DNA of 64,000 nucleotides from Octopus vulgaris (Eukaryota): the NCBI GenBank assembly GCA_951406725.2, contig OX597815.1, forward strand, positions 71,362,001 through 71,426,000. Reading direction: 5' to 3'. Of the stretch, positions 53,250-64,000 are shown one piece after another (positions within the stretch are counted from its first letter, which is position 1; each line of letters starts with the position of its first letter). Position numbers and translations under genes: made by a program. Below the pieces are notes generated by a model. It was not told the origin of the DNA and searched no databases. It saw only the letters and a list, made by a program, of their open reading frames with translations.

Positions 53250-54106
53250 ATTATTATATATATCCAGTATTTCATTTCATAGATCTTCCCTGAAGAGTAT
53301 AGGTCTTTATTACAGTTTTTTTTTTACTTTGTTTTTACATGCTAGCATGGGTTACATGAATGCATATTGTCGAAGAATTTTTTTTTAGAACTAGATGCCC
53401 TTGTGTTGCTAACCCTTACCTGTTTTTCAAATAAGGTTGTTTTATTCTACTCATCTTCAGAAGCACAGAGCTACTGCATGATTTGTTGGTGGGAAAATAA
53501 CAACAGAGAAGACAGTCCATTGCTTAGTGTTTTTCTTTTCTTTTTTTCATGCAAGCACAGAATGTAAATTTTCACACAGGTACATATATTTGCGCAGACA
53601 CACACACACCTTCATCATCATCATCATCATCATTTACATCCACTTTTCTATGCTTGTATAGGTTAGAATTTGTTAAAGCAAATTTTTTTTATGGCAGGAT
53701 GCCCCTCCTGTCACCCACTCTCACCAGTTTCCAAGCTAGGTGATATTTTCCCCATGGCCAGACTTAAATTTCACAAAAGACTGGAAACATGTAACATACT
53801 CATTTACAACCATCTTGTGATGTCAAGTCAGGAACACACACATTTACAATGAGCTTCTTTTAGTTTCCATCTACCAAGTCCACTCAAAAGGCTTTGGTTA
53901 TCCCTGAGTTATAGTACAAAACATTTGCCCAAGGATACCATGCCTTGGGACTGAACCTGAAGCCCAGTGGTTGGGAAGCATACTTTATTTTTTTAACCAA
54001 GTATTCAATAGTTTATTCTGGAAAATTGTTTACAGCTGATAATTCTATATCCAAGAATTATATTAAGTGAAAATAAATTTAGAGGACAGTTTAATAAGCA
54101 TCTACA

Positions 54107-56667
54107 TATGTGGTTCTTAACTGGGGTAGATATATCCCCTGAGGGTCCATATAAGATTTGATGGGATCCACACAACAAAATAGTGAATTAGGGATCCACA
54201 ATATTATTTTAAACGCTCCTGAAAATATTTTGCTGCAGATATATGTATTGGCAGAAGTGGGCACTGTTAATCGAAAAGTTAACTTCATTAATCAGTTAAC
54301 CAAAAAGTTAACTTTGTTAATCGTTGATCCATTAATTGTTTGAAAATGTAACGGTGTTAATCTGTTACCATTTGCTTTTATTGAAAAAAGGCATTATTAC
54401 AGTTTAATACCCCACCAACTTTGTTGTCTCATAACTTCCAGAAAAATGAATACTTTTTAATGAAACTTTCATCAAATAATCACTTTTATCCTGTAGATTG
54501 AGTATATGTAAATATTTGTTGCAAAAATTTTCCGAGGGGTTAGGGAGAGGAGTTTCAGAAAATTCACAGGACCCAAAATTTTCCCCCTCATAACTTTCTG
54601 GAAAATAGGTAATTTTTTAATGAAATTTTATACAAATATCTTTCAAACGGTGTAGATTATGATTACAAATTACAAATTTTTCGAAAATGGAGCTTTGGAT
54701 CAGACGACCCACATAAGTTGAAATTTCTCTGTTTTGCCGGGGATTTTTTCCTGTTTTTTTTACCAAAATCTTCAGAATGATGGAAAGCATCTTTTCATGA
54801 AAAAAATTTTGAAATTTGCTTTTTTTTTCACTCCCGCAAACCCCTCACCAACCCAATCCAAAACGATTTTGGCCGTTTTATTTTTTCACTACACACTTAA
54901 AACCCACAAGAGAAACATTTTCGGTTTTAAAAATATTGTTGGTTATTTCAGAGGAAAATCTGTGATTTAAGGGAACTCTGGCTGTTGTTTCTAGATATCC
55001 CAAAACTTCCCTTCTCATTTCCTTCGCACTCACACATCTATTGATATTTTTCAATATTTTCCTCCCCATTAAAAAAACTTTATGGAATGATGATGTCAAA
55101 GTAACACACGTGTAGTCCCAACTGAGCAAGGCTGTGTTATGTGTGTAAGAAAAAAGCACCTAAAAACATCTTTGGTGTTCTTATTAATCTGTCAAATGTA
55201 GTGCTTATTTGTTCACGTTATTTTGAATTATTCAGGTTCAAGAGGTAAATTATTTACATACAGATTTCAAATTTTGTCAGTGGGTGCTTTATATACCACT
55301 GGTTTATAGTTATGTAATTTTAGCTGATCTTGCTAAGTAAATTTGACTTTTATGGGCAAGTAAATTTAACAGGTGTAAAAGCAATAACATTTTGGATAAA
55401 CACTAAAATTGAAATTCTTAATGCATCTTACCTGTTTGATTTGTTACTAAAATTATCCCAGATGGCAAGTGACAAAGATTTTGCCACTTTTCAAGATGAG
55501 GTACATTAATTTGAATTAATTAAAGTGCAGGTATAATCAATATATGATTTTATTCATTTGTTAAATATTTCGTACCTCGGTGTGAAATAATTTTTTCCTT
55601 TTCAGGTTATTTTGCCTGCTTTCAAATAATGTGACATTGAAGTCATGCATAAACGACTCCTTTTTCCAGAAAAGGAAAGATTTGGCTGCTATTTCAAGCA
55701 TGCCCTGCTACCACATAAGAGCTATTTGTGTTCACACCAAAATATTTACCAACTTTTTTCCTTCTATTTATATTTTCCACTTTATGGAAATCAATATTTT
55801 CTCTGTTGACATCCACCTCAGCAAAGTCATGGATCAAGTAGAAACACAGCAATCACTGTTCCCTCTTGAAAGGACAAAGAAATTTCCCCGCTGTCTTTGC
55901 AAGCAACAAGCAGGTAGATTTGGTTTCAAATCCAGGCTGGTCCAAGTGAGGTCCTACAAGTTATTTATGATAATAAGTGGCATTATATCAGGGTTGAAAG
56001 AATGATGCATACAATATTAATCAGTTAACCAAAAAGTTAACTTTGATTTGATGGGATCCACACAACAAAATAGTGAATTAGGGATCCACAATATTATTTT
56101 AAACGCTCCTGAAAATATTTTGCTGCAGATATATGTATTGGCAGAAGTGGGCACTGTTAATCGAAAAGTTGACCCATGCTTGAATGTTGCTTATTACATG
56201 TCACTAGCACGGGTACCAGTCAGGCAGCACTGGCATTGGCCACAACTACAATATGCTAAGACAATCTGAAAACAATAGAAACTTAAAAAATTTTTATTGG
56301 TTTTTATGAAATTTTTGGGTAAACAGACTTGAGTTAATGGAAGCTAAATGTAACAGAAGTTTATTAGTCCAATAATGATTTTCAAAGTTAGCTTAAAAGT
56401 TAAATCATTAATGAAAATGTTAACTTTGTTAATTAACAATTAACAGACTGAACACCCAGCTCTGTGTATTGGTATGTATTACATGGATTAACTAGGTTTC
56501 TTTCCTTAATATTTTACATAGTTCAACCTATGTGTATAAAGAAAAAAGGAATTTTGAAAGAAGTTTCTATAAAACTAGTTTTAAAACATCAAATGGTTAG
56601 CAGCAGGGCACCAGAATAAAATAAGAATCAAAGGGGTCCATAGATAAAAAATAGTTGAGAACTCCTA
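54107..56667 (+). mobile_element. hAT-Charlie MITE (same family as 30564-30890) split by a nested element
   Basis: 5' half GTGGTTCTTAACTGGGG..CAACAAAATAGT and 3' half CTAGGTTTCTTTC..GGGGTCCATAGATAAAAAATAGTTGAGAAC align with 30564-30890. Confidence 0.8.
54252..56464. mobile_element. Nested non-autonomous hAT-like element with perfect 8-bp TSD TGTATTGG
   Basis: TGTATTGG|CAGAAGTGGG ... CCCAGCTCTG|TGTATTGG, with subterminal GTTAAC-rich repeats at both ends. Confidence 0.85.
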
Positions 56668-57149
56668 CATCATCATCATTTTTTCATGCTTGCATGGGTT
56701 GGATGCAGTTCATTAGAACAGATATTCTATGGCTGAATGCCCTTGTTGCTAACCCTCACTTGTTTCCAAGCAAAGTTATATTTCCCCATGGCCAAACATG
56801 TTTTTGCAGAATATTAGTAATGAATAATCCTGCTTGTATTGAAGGTGGTGGCATTCATTTACAATTATCAGACAATGTCAAACAAGGAGATAAACATACA
56901 CTCATGCACACACACACACAGTGAACTACTTTCAGTTTCTGTCCACCAGTTTCATTCAGAAGGCTTTGGTCAATCCAAGGCCATAAAAAAAGTCACTTGC
57001 CCAAGGTGCCAGCTGAATTCTTACAAAAGTCCAGAAAGATCTTTGGAAACTAGTTTATTATAAGAAGATGGTCTTGAAAGATAATAAAAATTTAGAGCTA
57101 CAAAATTATCTGGAATGTATGTATGTGTGTGTGTGTGTGTGTGCGTGCA

Positions 57150-57191
<42 letters not shown>

Positions 57192-57482
57192 CATGCATGT
57201 CATCATCGTTTAACGTCTGCTTTCCATGGTGGCATGGGTGGTTGAATGGTTTGACTAAGGACTAGCAAGCCAGGAGGCTGCACCATGCTCCAATCTGATC
57301 TGGCAAGGTTTCTACAGCTAGATGCCCTTCCTAATGCCAGCCACTCCTAAAATGTAGTGGGTGCTTTTTACATGTCACCAGCATAGGTGTGTACATACAC
57401 ACACACACACACAAATAATCAGAAAATGGAGAAACCTCAGATTAACAAACATCGATTGGACCACATATATATATATCTGAAA

Positions 57483-57700
57483 TGTGGCAGAATCACCAGC
57501 ATACCAGACAAAATGCTTATCGCCATTTTTCTGGCTTTACATTCTGAGTTCAAATTCCACCGAGGTGAACTTGGTTGTTTGTTCTTTCAAGGGTCAATAA
57601 ATAAATATCAGATCAACAGTGGGGGTGATATAAACGACTGATCCCTTCTGTTGCCCCCTCCCTGAAAAACTTTCAGGCCTTGTGCCTATAGTTGAAAAGC
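57483..57700 (+). mobile_element. SINE family A, CpG-decayed
   Basis: TTTACATTCTGAGTTCAAATTCCACCGAGGTGAAC versus intact TACGTTCTGAG..TTCCGCCGAGGTCGAC. Confidence 0.75.
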
Positions 57701-59589
57701 TTATTATCATTATACTTTTACAATGAAAGGGGTGATAGTGGCTTTGAAGTTTCAGACTGTAGTACATTTTGGTTTCTTTTGGTTGTATAAAGAGATTGTA
57801 TAAAGCCAAAGAAACCCAAGTGCATGACAGTCTGATGAAGGCTAACAAGACAAAACTTCAAAGCCATTGTCATCTCTCTTCTTGTAAAAGTATAATTGAC
57901 ATGTACTCCGCTAAAAAGTATTAATCTTTAGATTAATGTTAAATTGTTTTTATTATAATTTAATGCAACATCAATATATATGTTTATATAAATACAGCCT
58001 GCCAAACCTTGTATATTGTGTAATGATGGATGCAACCTAGCTTCTCAAAGAAAATGAATATGCTGTTTCATAAATGTGCCACCTTAGACAAACATTTAAA
58101 ATTGATAACCTTTTTGTCGTCTGAAATCAAAATATTTTGTTTTTAAATTTGAATAACTGAACAGAGTAAAATCACAGCATAATATATTCTGAAAAAGAAT
58201 CGAATTTTTTCTGCAGATAATGCAAATAAAAATTTACTTTTTGTCACCATATATCAAACAGACAAGCAATTGAACAATAGATATCAATATACAATAATGT
58301 TATGACTACATCAAATAGTTTTGTATCATTAATATGTTTATTCAATAGTTTTTATAGTTTACGTTGTTCACACTCACACATACACGCGTATATATACTGA
58401 GTTGTCTCAGCTACTAAATTGATTGCTTAAAAATCAGTAAAATGTGAAACTAATATTTGCAATCTGTGTAATTCCAGCTTGAAATAAAAATAATAAGCTA
58501 CTGTAAAGCCTTGTGTTGAATTCTTCTAACATTTATACATCTGAATTTTTTACAGTTATGTATCTGTTTATCACACACGCACACACATAAGCAGCACCTT
58601 GAGCAAGTATTTCATCCTATGATTTGGGTTGACCAAAATGTTGTGAGGGTATTTGGAAGACAGAAACTTAAACAAACTTGTTTTATGTGTGTGTTTATAT
58701 GTGTCCTTATCTTGACATAGCACAACACTTGTAAGGAAATGAATCATCATCATACAAGTGGTGTCATTTGTATTTAGTATTCCATGAAGTATGTCCAGTG
58801 ATGAGGATTGCAAACAGGTGAGGGTTGGAAACAGAAGGGCATCCAGCCATAAAATATCTGCTTCAACAGATTCTCTGTCTGACCCAAGCAAGCATAGGAA
58901 AGCGGGCATCAAAATGATGATGATATATAAATGGATTCATTGTACATATACACATATATTGCATTTTTGGGCCTTCTGTTCAGGCCTCTCACGAATCACT
59001 GTTGGCTCATGGGAGACCTTTAAAAGTGTTCCTAGACCTGACACAGCCCATCCCTTTCTATATCTGACTATGGCTCTCTAGTAAAAGAGGCAGATTGACA
59101 GACAGACAGAAAGAAGTGAATCAACCATAGTACAGGATGGTACTTATTGTTCCCAAAGGAAGACATGCAAAGCCAAGCTCTTTATAATTTGGATTTCATG
59201 AACAAAGAGTCAAAATGATTACTACAAAACACCAAAACTGTTTAGTCAATACTCTTTATCAGCTACCTGCACACACACAAATGTGTGTGTGTGTTTATAT
59301 ATATATATATATACACTGTACATACACTGCAAAGGATCAAAGATATCTAGCACCTTGTACTCAAGAAGACCCACCCACCACAGCAGAATTGATCCCAGTG
59401 ATGATGCCGCATAAAAAGCACTTAGTACACTTAGTAAAGGGGATGGTATTAGGAAAGGCATCCAGTCATAGAAACCATACCAAAACAGACAATGGAGCCT
59501 GGTGCTTCCCCCAGCCTTACCAGCATGGATAACAAATGTTAAATGATGATGATATGTGTGTGTATATGCACATATATACATATGTAGCG

Positions 59590-59850
59590 TTTTAGCAATG
59601 ATACTGCTACACAAGTCAGTAATGGTATCTTCTTGTATCACCTAACTGACTAAGTGGGTGACTAGCCCATACCCAACTCCACTGGATAATTCAAGCTTCT
59701 CAGCAATGACTCCTGATGAGCCAGACATCTTCCTTGTTTCCATATCTTTAATTGCTCTGTCAACTTGTGTGGCTGGACTCTTTGTAAGGTCTACTTGGGA
59801 TAGACCTACTTTTTCCCATGCATTCTCCTCCTTCAGCAGCTTCTCTTAAT
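59590..59850 (-). mobile_element. RTE LINE RT N-terminal fragment
   Basis: Minus-strand translation AIKDMETRKMSGSSGVIAEKL..GVGYGLVT..VIQEDTITDLCSSII resembles the RTE K.GKAPGP.GI.AEML..IP.DW..S motif. Confidence 0.65.
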
Positions 59851-60359
59851 AACACTTCCTGTCATTTCAGCTTCAGTAAGGGTAAGAGCTCTACTATTGT
59901 TCTAAATACATTTCCTGCCAGTAACATCTCAATTATGAGTTCCATAAACCATACATGGACCACTGAAGAAATAAAATTAATAAATAATAACATAAGTTAG
60001 GTACCAGAGAGACAGAGATGGGCAGAAACAAGGAAAATGCTCCTTGTATTTGAATACTATGCAAGTATTCTTTTAAAGAACTTTTCCTTTAATTCTTCCA
60101 AAATTTAATTACTTTCCATACTTACAGTTGAAAAAGTCTCAATGACTGAAACCAGTACTGAAATGTTTTTTATAAAATTATTTTATCATTTTCTACCGTG
60201 ACTTTTTTTTCCATATATATATATATTCTTGTGTAAGGATATTTGTCAAAACTATTTAACATTAGATTGAAGGATCATTCAATACTTCTTTGTAGATTAC
60301 ATATTTATTAAACTTTTACAAAGAAAAGGTTAACTTTCAACCTTTTCCATGTAAAAATT

Positions 60360-60394
<35 letters not shown>

Positions 60395-61414
60395 TGCATA
60401 CTTGTATACATCTTATAATAAATTTCTTGGCCTGTAAATCATGAGAAGCTTGAGTTGAACATTACCCTCACTTGTCTAGGAGGAGGACTTGCAAAGATTG
60501 CTCTCCTTTCTCTGACTAAATACTTAAGAAAACAGAACATTTGTAATCAAGGCTAAATGCTTATTTATCTCAAAACCCAAAACGCAACGACTTGATGTTA
60601 AAACTGAAAGCTTGTAAAATTTGCACTATAGCATACAGTATGGTGGTCAGACATTTTAACCGTCTTACATCAGGATATCAAGTAGTGAAACTGAAAAACA
60701 TTACAGTTAGAATGTTGCAGTAGCCGTTCCCTCTCCTCCTCATCATTCATTGCTTTAAATTCCCCTTTTACATAATCGCTTGTGCCAGATGGAGTTTATT
60801 GAGGCAGATTTTCTACAATCATATCCTTTTCCTTATCACCAATCCATACCTGCTTCCAAGCAAAGTATTATCACCTTTTGGCCAGATATGTTCTTATGAA
60901 ATGTTGGAAATGAATAACATTCATTTACAACAATCATAATTTCAAGACAAGGAGATCCAAAGACAGACAGACAGACACACATAAAAAGCATTCAATATAT
61001 GTTATAAAGTGAGTTCAAATTCTGCTGAGGTTGACTATGCCTTTCATCCTTTCGAGGGTCGATAAATTAAGTACCAGTTGCATACTGGGGTCGATCTAAT
61101 TGACTGTCCCCAACCCCAAAATTTAGGGCCTTGTTTTCTAGAGTAGAAAAGAATATATGTTATAAAGTAGTTGACATTAGGAAGGGCATCCAGCTGTAGA
61201 AACCATGCCAGTGTAGACACTGGAGCACAATATGGTCTTTGAACTCATTGAATCTTGTAAAGCCATCCAACTCATTCCAGCATAGAATATGGGCGTTAAA
61301 TGATGATGAAGATGATGATATTTGAATAGTATATTCTTTTGTGTTCTTACTTCATAAGCACTCCACCTCCATTACTATCGACTGTGCGTGTGTATAATAA
61401 TATATAGAGAGAGT

Positions 61415-61692
61415 AAAGACCCCCTTTGGTCATGAATGACCATGGGATTGCTGCTAGAAAGCTCCCCTCCAAGGCTGTTTATGGAAGACCAGCAATTGTC
61501 CATGCATATCAGCTTCCCCTCTCCACGCCACTGATGTTATCCAAAGAAAAGGCAAAGGCCAATACAGCTTGACACCAATGATGTCGCAACTCATTTCCAC
61601 AGGTGAGTGAACTGGGGCAATGTGAAATGAAGTGTGTTACTCAAGTACACAACACAGCCTAGTCCAGGAATTGAACTCACTACCACATGATG
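61415..61692 (-). mobile_element. SINE family D-related copy, CpG-decayed
   Basis: Reverse-complement homolog of 37184-37422 plus head GTGAGTTCAATTCCTGGAC. Confidence 0.75.
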
Positions 61693-61696
61693 GTCA

Positions 61697-62315
61697 TTAC
61701 TTGTTTCAGTCATTTGACTGCAACCATGCTGGAGCACTGCCTTTAGTCAAGCAAGTCGACTCTAGGACTTATTCTTTAAAAGCCTAGTACTTATTCTATT
61801 GGTTTCTTTTGCTGAACCGGTAAGTTACAGGGACATAAACACACCAGAATCGGTTGTCAAGCGATGTTGCAGGAATAAATACAGACACACAAACATATAC
61901 ACACACCTCGAAATATGGGAGTAGAAAAACAGCCAATAACTGATAAAGGGTCATTCTTTATGTTGTTTGTCTTGTTTTCTGTTTGTGTCTTTCATTGTTT
62001 GAAAAAAAATAGTTCACATTCTACGTACTCGTACTTCGTATTTTTTTGTTGTACACAATTTGTGACATCCTGTGCCCACATATGCATATATATATATATA
62101 CACACGTATAGATGTAAGTATGTACATATACATATGTATATATGCATATATATATATATATATATGCAATGGGTTTTCTGTCTATTAATCTACTCACAAG
62201 GCTTTGGTAGGCCTGAGGCTAAAGTAGAAGTCACTTGCCCATGATGTCACGCAGTTGGACTGAACCCAGAACAATGTGATTGGGAAGCAAGCTACTTACC
62301 ATGGCTACTCCTGCA
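61697..62315 (-). mobile_element. SINE family B with another repeat (61908-62130) inserted in its internal microsatellite
   Basis: Tail matches 840-1010; head AGGAGTAGCCATGGTAAGTAGCTTGCTTCCCAA near 62310. Confidence 0.75.
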
Positions 62316-63308
62316 CCTAATATATATATATATATATATGAGCTTGTATAACTGTCTGCCTGCTTTGTGCAACTGAAGTTTATTGAATTGAACAGAATCT
62401 GATCTCTGAATTTGGTGAATAGCTTCAATCAGCGCTGAACTTTTAAATATGAGATGTTTCAAATATTTGTACAGGTGCAGACATGTTAGTGTGGTTAAGA
62501 AAGAGCTTACTTGACAACCAATGTGGTTTTGGGGTTCAGTCCCATTAGATAACATCTTAAGCAAATGTCTTCTACTGCAGCCCTGGGCGAATCAAAGCTT
62601 TCTCAGTGGATATGTTAATGTTAATGACGAATGTTTGTGTGTGTTTATATGTAACTCCTTGTTTTGATATTACAAGTTAATTGTAAACAAACATCACCAT
62701 CATGCAAGCAGTGTGATTCATTTGCAATCTTTGATGAAAACCATAACTGTTTGTGGCTAAAAGACTTAGGGAAGAATATTATGTTACTTGGAAGTAGGTG
62801 TGGGTCAACAAGAAGAACTTTATTAATTGTAAGCAAATCAACAGAATGGATTTAAACTTATTATCATGTCAAAAATGGAAGTGAGTTCCATATCAGTTGT
62901 TTTAAATTGCCCTATTTTTTTTTTCACAGCCTTTTCATGTTATATTTCCTGTCATTCAGATTATAAACTGCTACATTTCTTTCTGTCTCCTGTCCCAGAA
63001 AACAATGCCTTGCTTGCTGAGGTTACATTGAAAATATTAAGCTCTAATACAGCCATATCAGACCAGATATTGATTGATTCTACCAGTATTGCTTGCTATT
63101 GAAAATATAGATGCATTCAAGTTGTTCTATGTGTGTGCATGAATATATATATGTATATAAATGTGTATAACTGTGTATACATCTTCTTTAATAAGTGTCA
63201 TTCTGTACTGAATGACATTCATATCTCTGCACAGCTGGTCTGGTTGGTTGGCTGGTTGGTTGGCTAGTGATCATTTGTCTGGTTTTCGTATCTATTAAAA
63301 AAAATCTG

Positions 63309-63382
<74 letters not shown>

Positions 63383-63779
63383 CATTGCCATTGGCAGTCT
63401 AACAAGCAAACTAGTTAAAATATTAATAACATCCAACTTGTTGTTGCCAATTTCTGTGTGTTAACTTGACTTTTCTTTTATCTCATATTTTTATTTTATC
63501 TTATCAATTTGAGGTTTGGATTCTTTTTTTCTTAAATGAAAAAATAAAAAAATAAAAATTAGATGTTGAAAGTGTTTTTTGCGAGAAAATGTGCTTAGGA
63601 AATCATCTTTAAACATCTACCTATCTCTAAGTCTTCAACACATTTCTTGTATTTCTCCTTGTATCAAGTTACATATATTGAAGTGAATGCTCAGAACCAT
63701 TTCATCCACAATCATTTGAAAGTGTTCCTGTTACAGCATCCATGCACTGTATATGAATATGCATATCAACACCAAAATG

Positions 63780-64000
63780 TGCAGGTGTGGCTGTATGGTT
63801 AAGAAGTTTGCTTCCCAACCAATGGTATGGTTTCAGGTTCAGTCCTACTGTGTGGCACCATGGACAATTGTCTTTTATCATAGCTTTGTGAATGAATTTG
63901 GAAGACGGAAACTGAAAAACACCCATTGTGTTCTTATGTATGTGTGTGTCTTGTCTTTCATAGTGTGAGGGCTGTAAATGAGTAACACTGTCATGCAAGC
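63780..64000 (+). mobile_element. SINE family B, CpG-decayed, runs off the window
   Basis: GCAGGTGTGGCTGTATGGTTAAGAAGTTTGCTTCCCAACC..GACGGAAACTGAAAAACACCC. Confidence 0.75.

Noticed and set aside
54158-54343. Duplicated small ORF MGSTQQNSELG (also at 56048)
   Set aside because: Chance frame across a MITE/hAT junction, duplicated by the templated insertion.
62866-63102. Internal exon after TTTTTTTTTCACAG (~62929)
   Set aside because: Acceptor-like site, but no strong donor or recognisable protein; not supportable without RNA data.

Overview
Eukaryotic, AT-rich, repeat-dominated DNA. The SINE families, very dense (TA)n/(TATG)n/(TAT)n/(GATA)n microsatellites and transposon mix point to a coleoid cephalopod, most likely Octopus (inference). 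Almost all ORFs in the supplied track are microsatellite translations or transposon debris, and no intact protein-coding gene was found. Supported elements: a full-length Tc1-type element with DD36E spacing (9390-10656), a mariner remnant and a fold-back mariner MITE, a Tigger/pogo remnant, hAT MITEs with 8-bp TSDs (one tandem pair, one nest), non-autonomous Helitron-like elements, a Gypsy LTR+PBS+gag start, R4/Dong, RTE, L1/Tx1 and CR1-like LINE fragments, and several tRNA-derived SINE families. The most notable signals are: (1) at least three families of short interspersed elements carrying minimal type-I hammerhead ribozyme motifs, two of them in sense/antisense fold-back form; (2) a probable first exon at ~44.3 kb followed by a switch to CpG-depleted repeats after ~50.6 kb, suggesting a methylated gene body; (3) a three-segment templated insertion at 56016-56252; (4) many independent fold-back sequences. 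Boundaries of degraded repeats are approximate and were read by eye.
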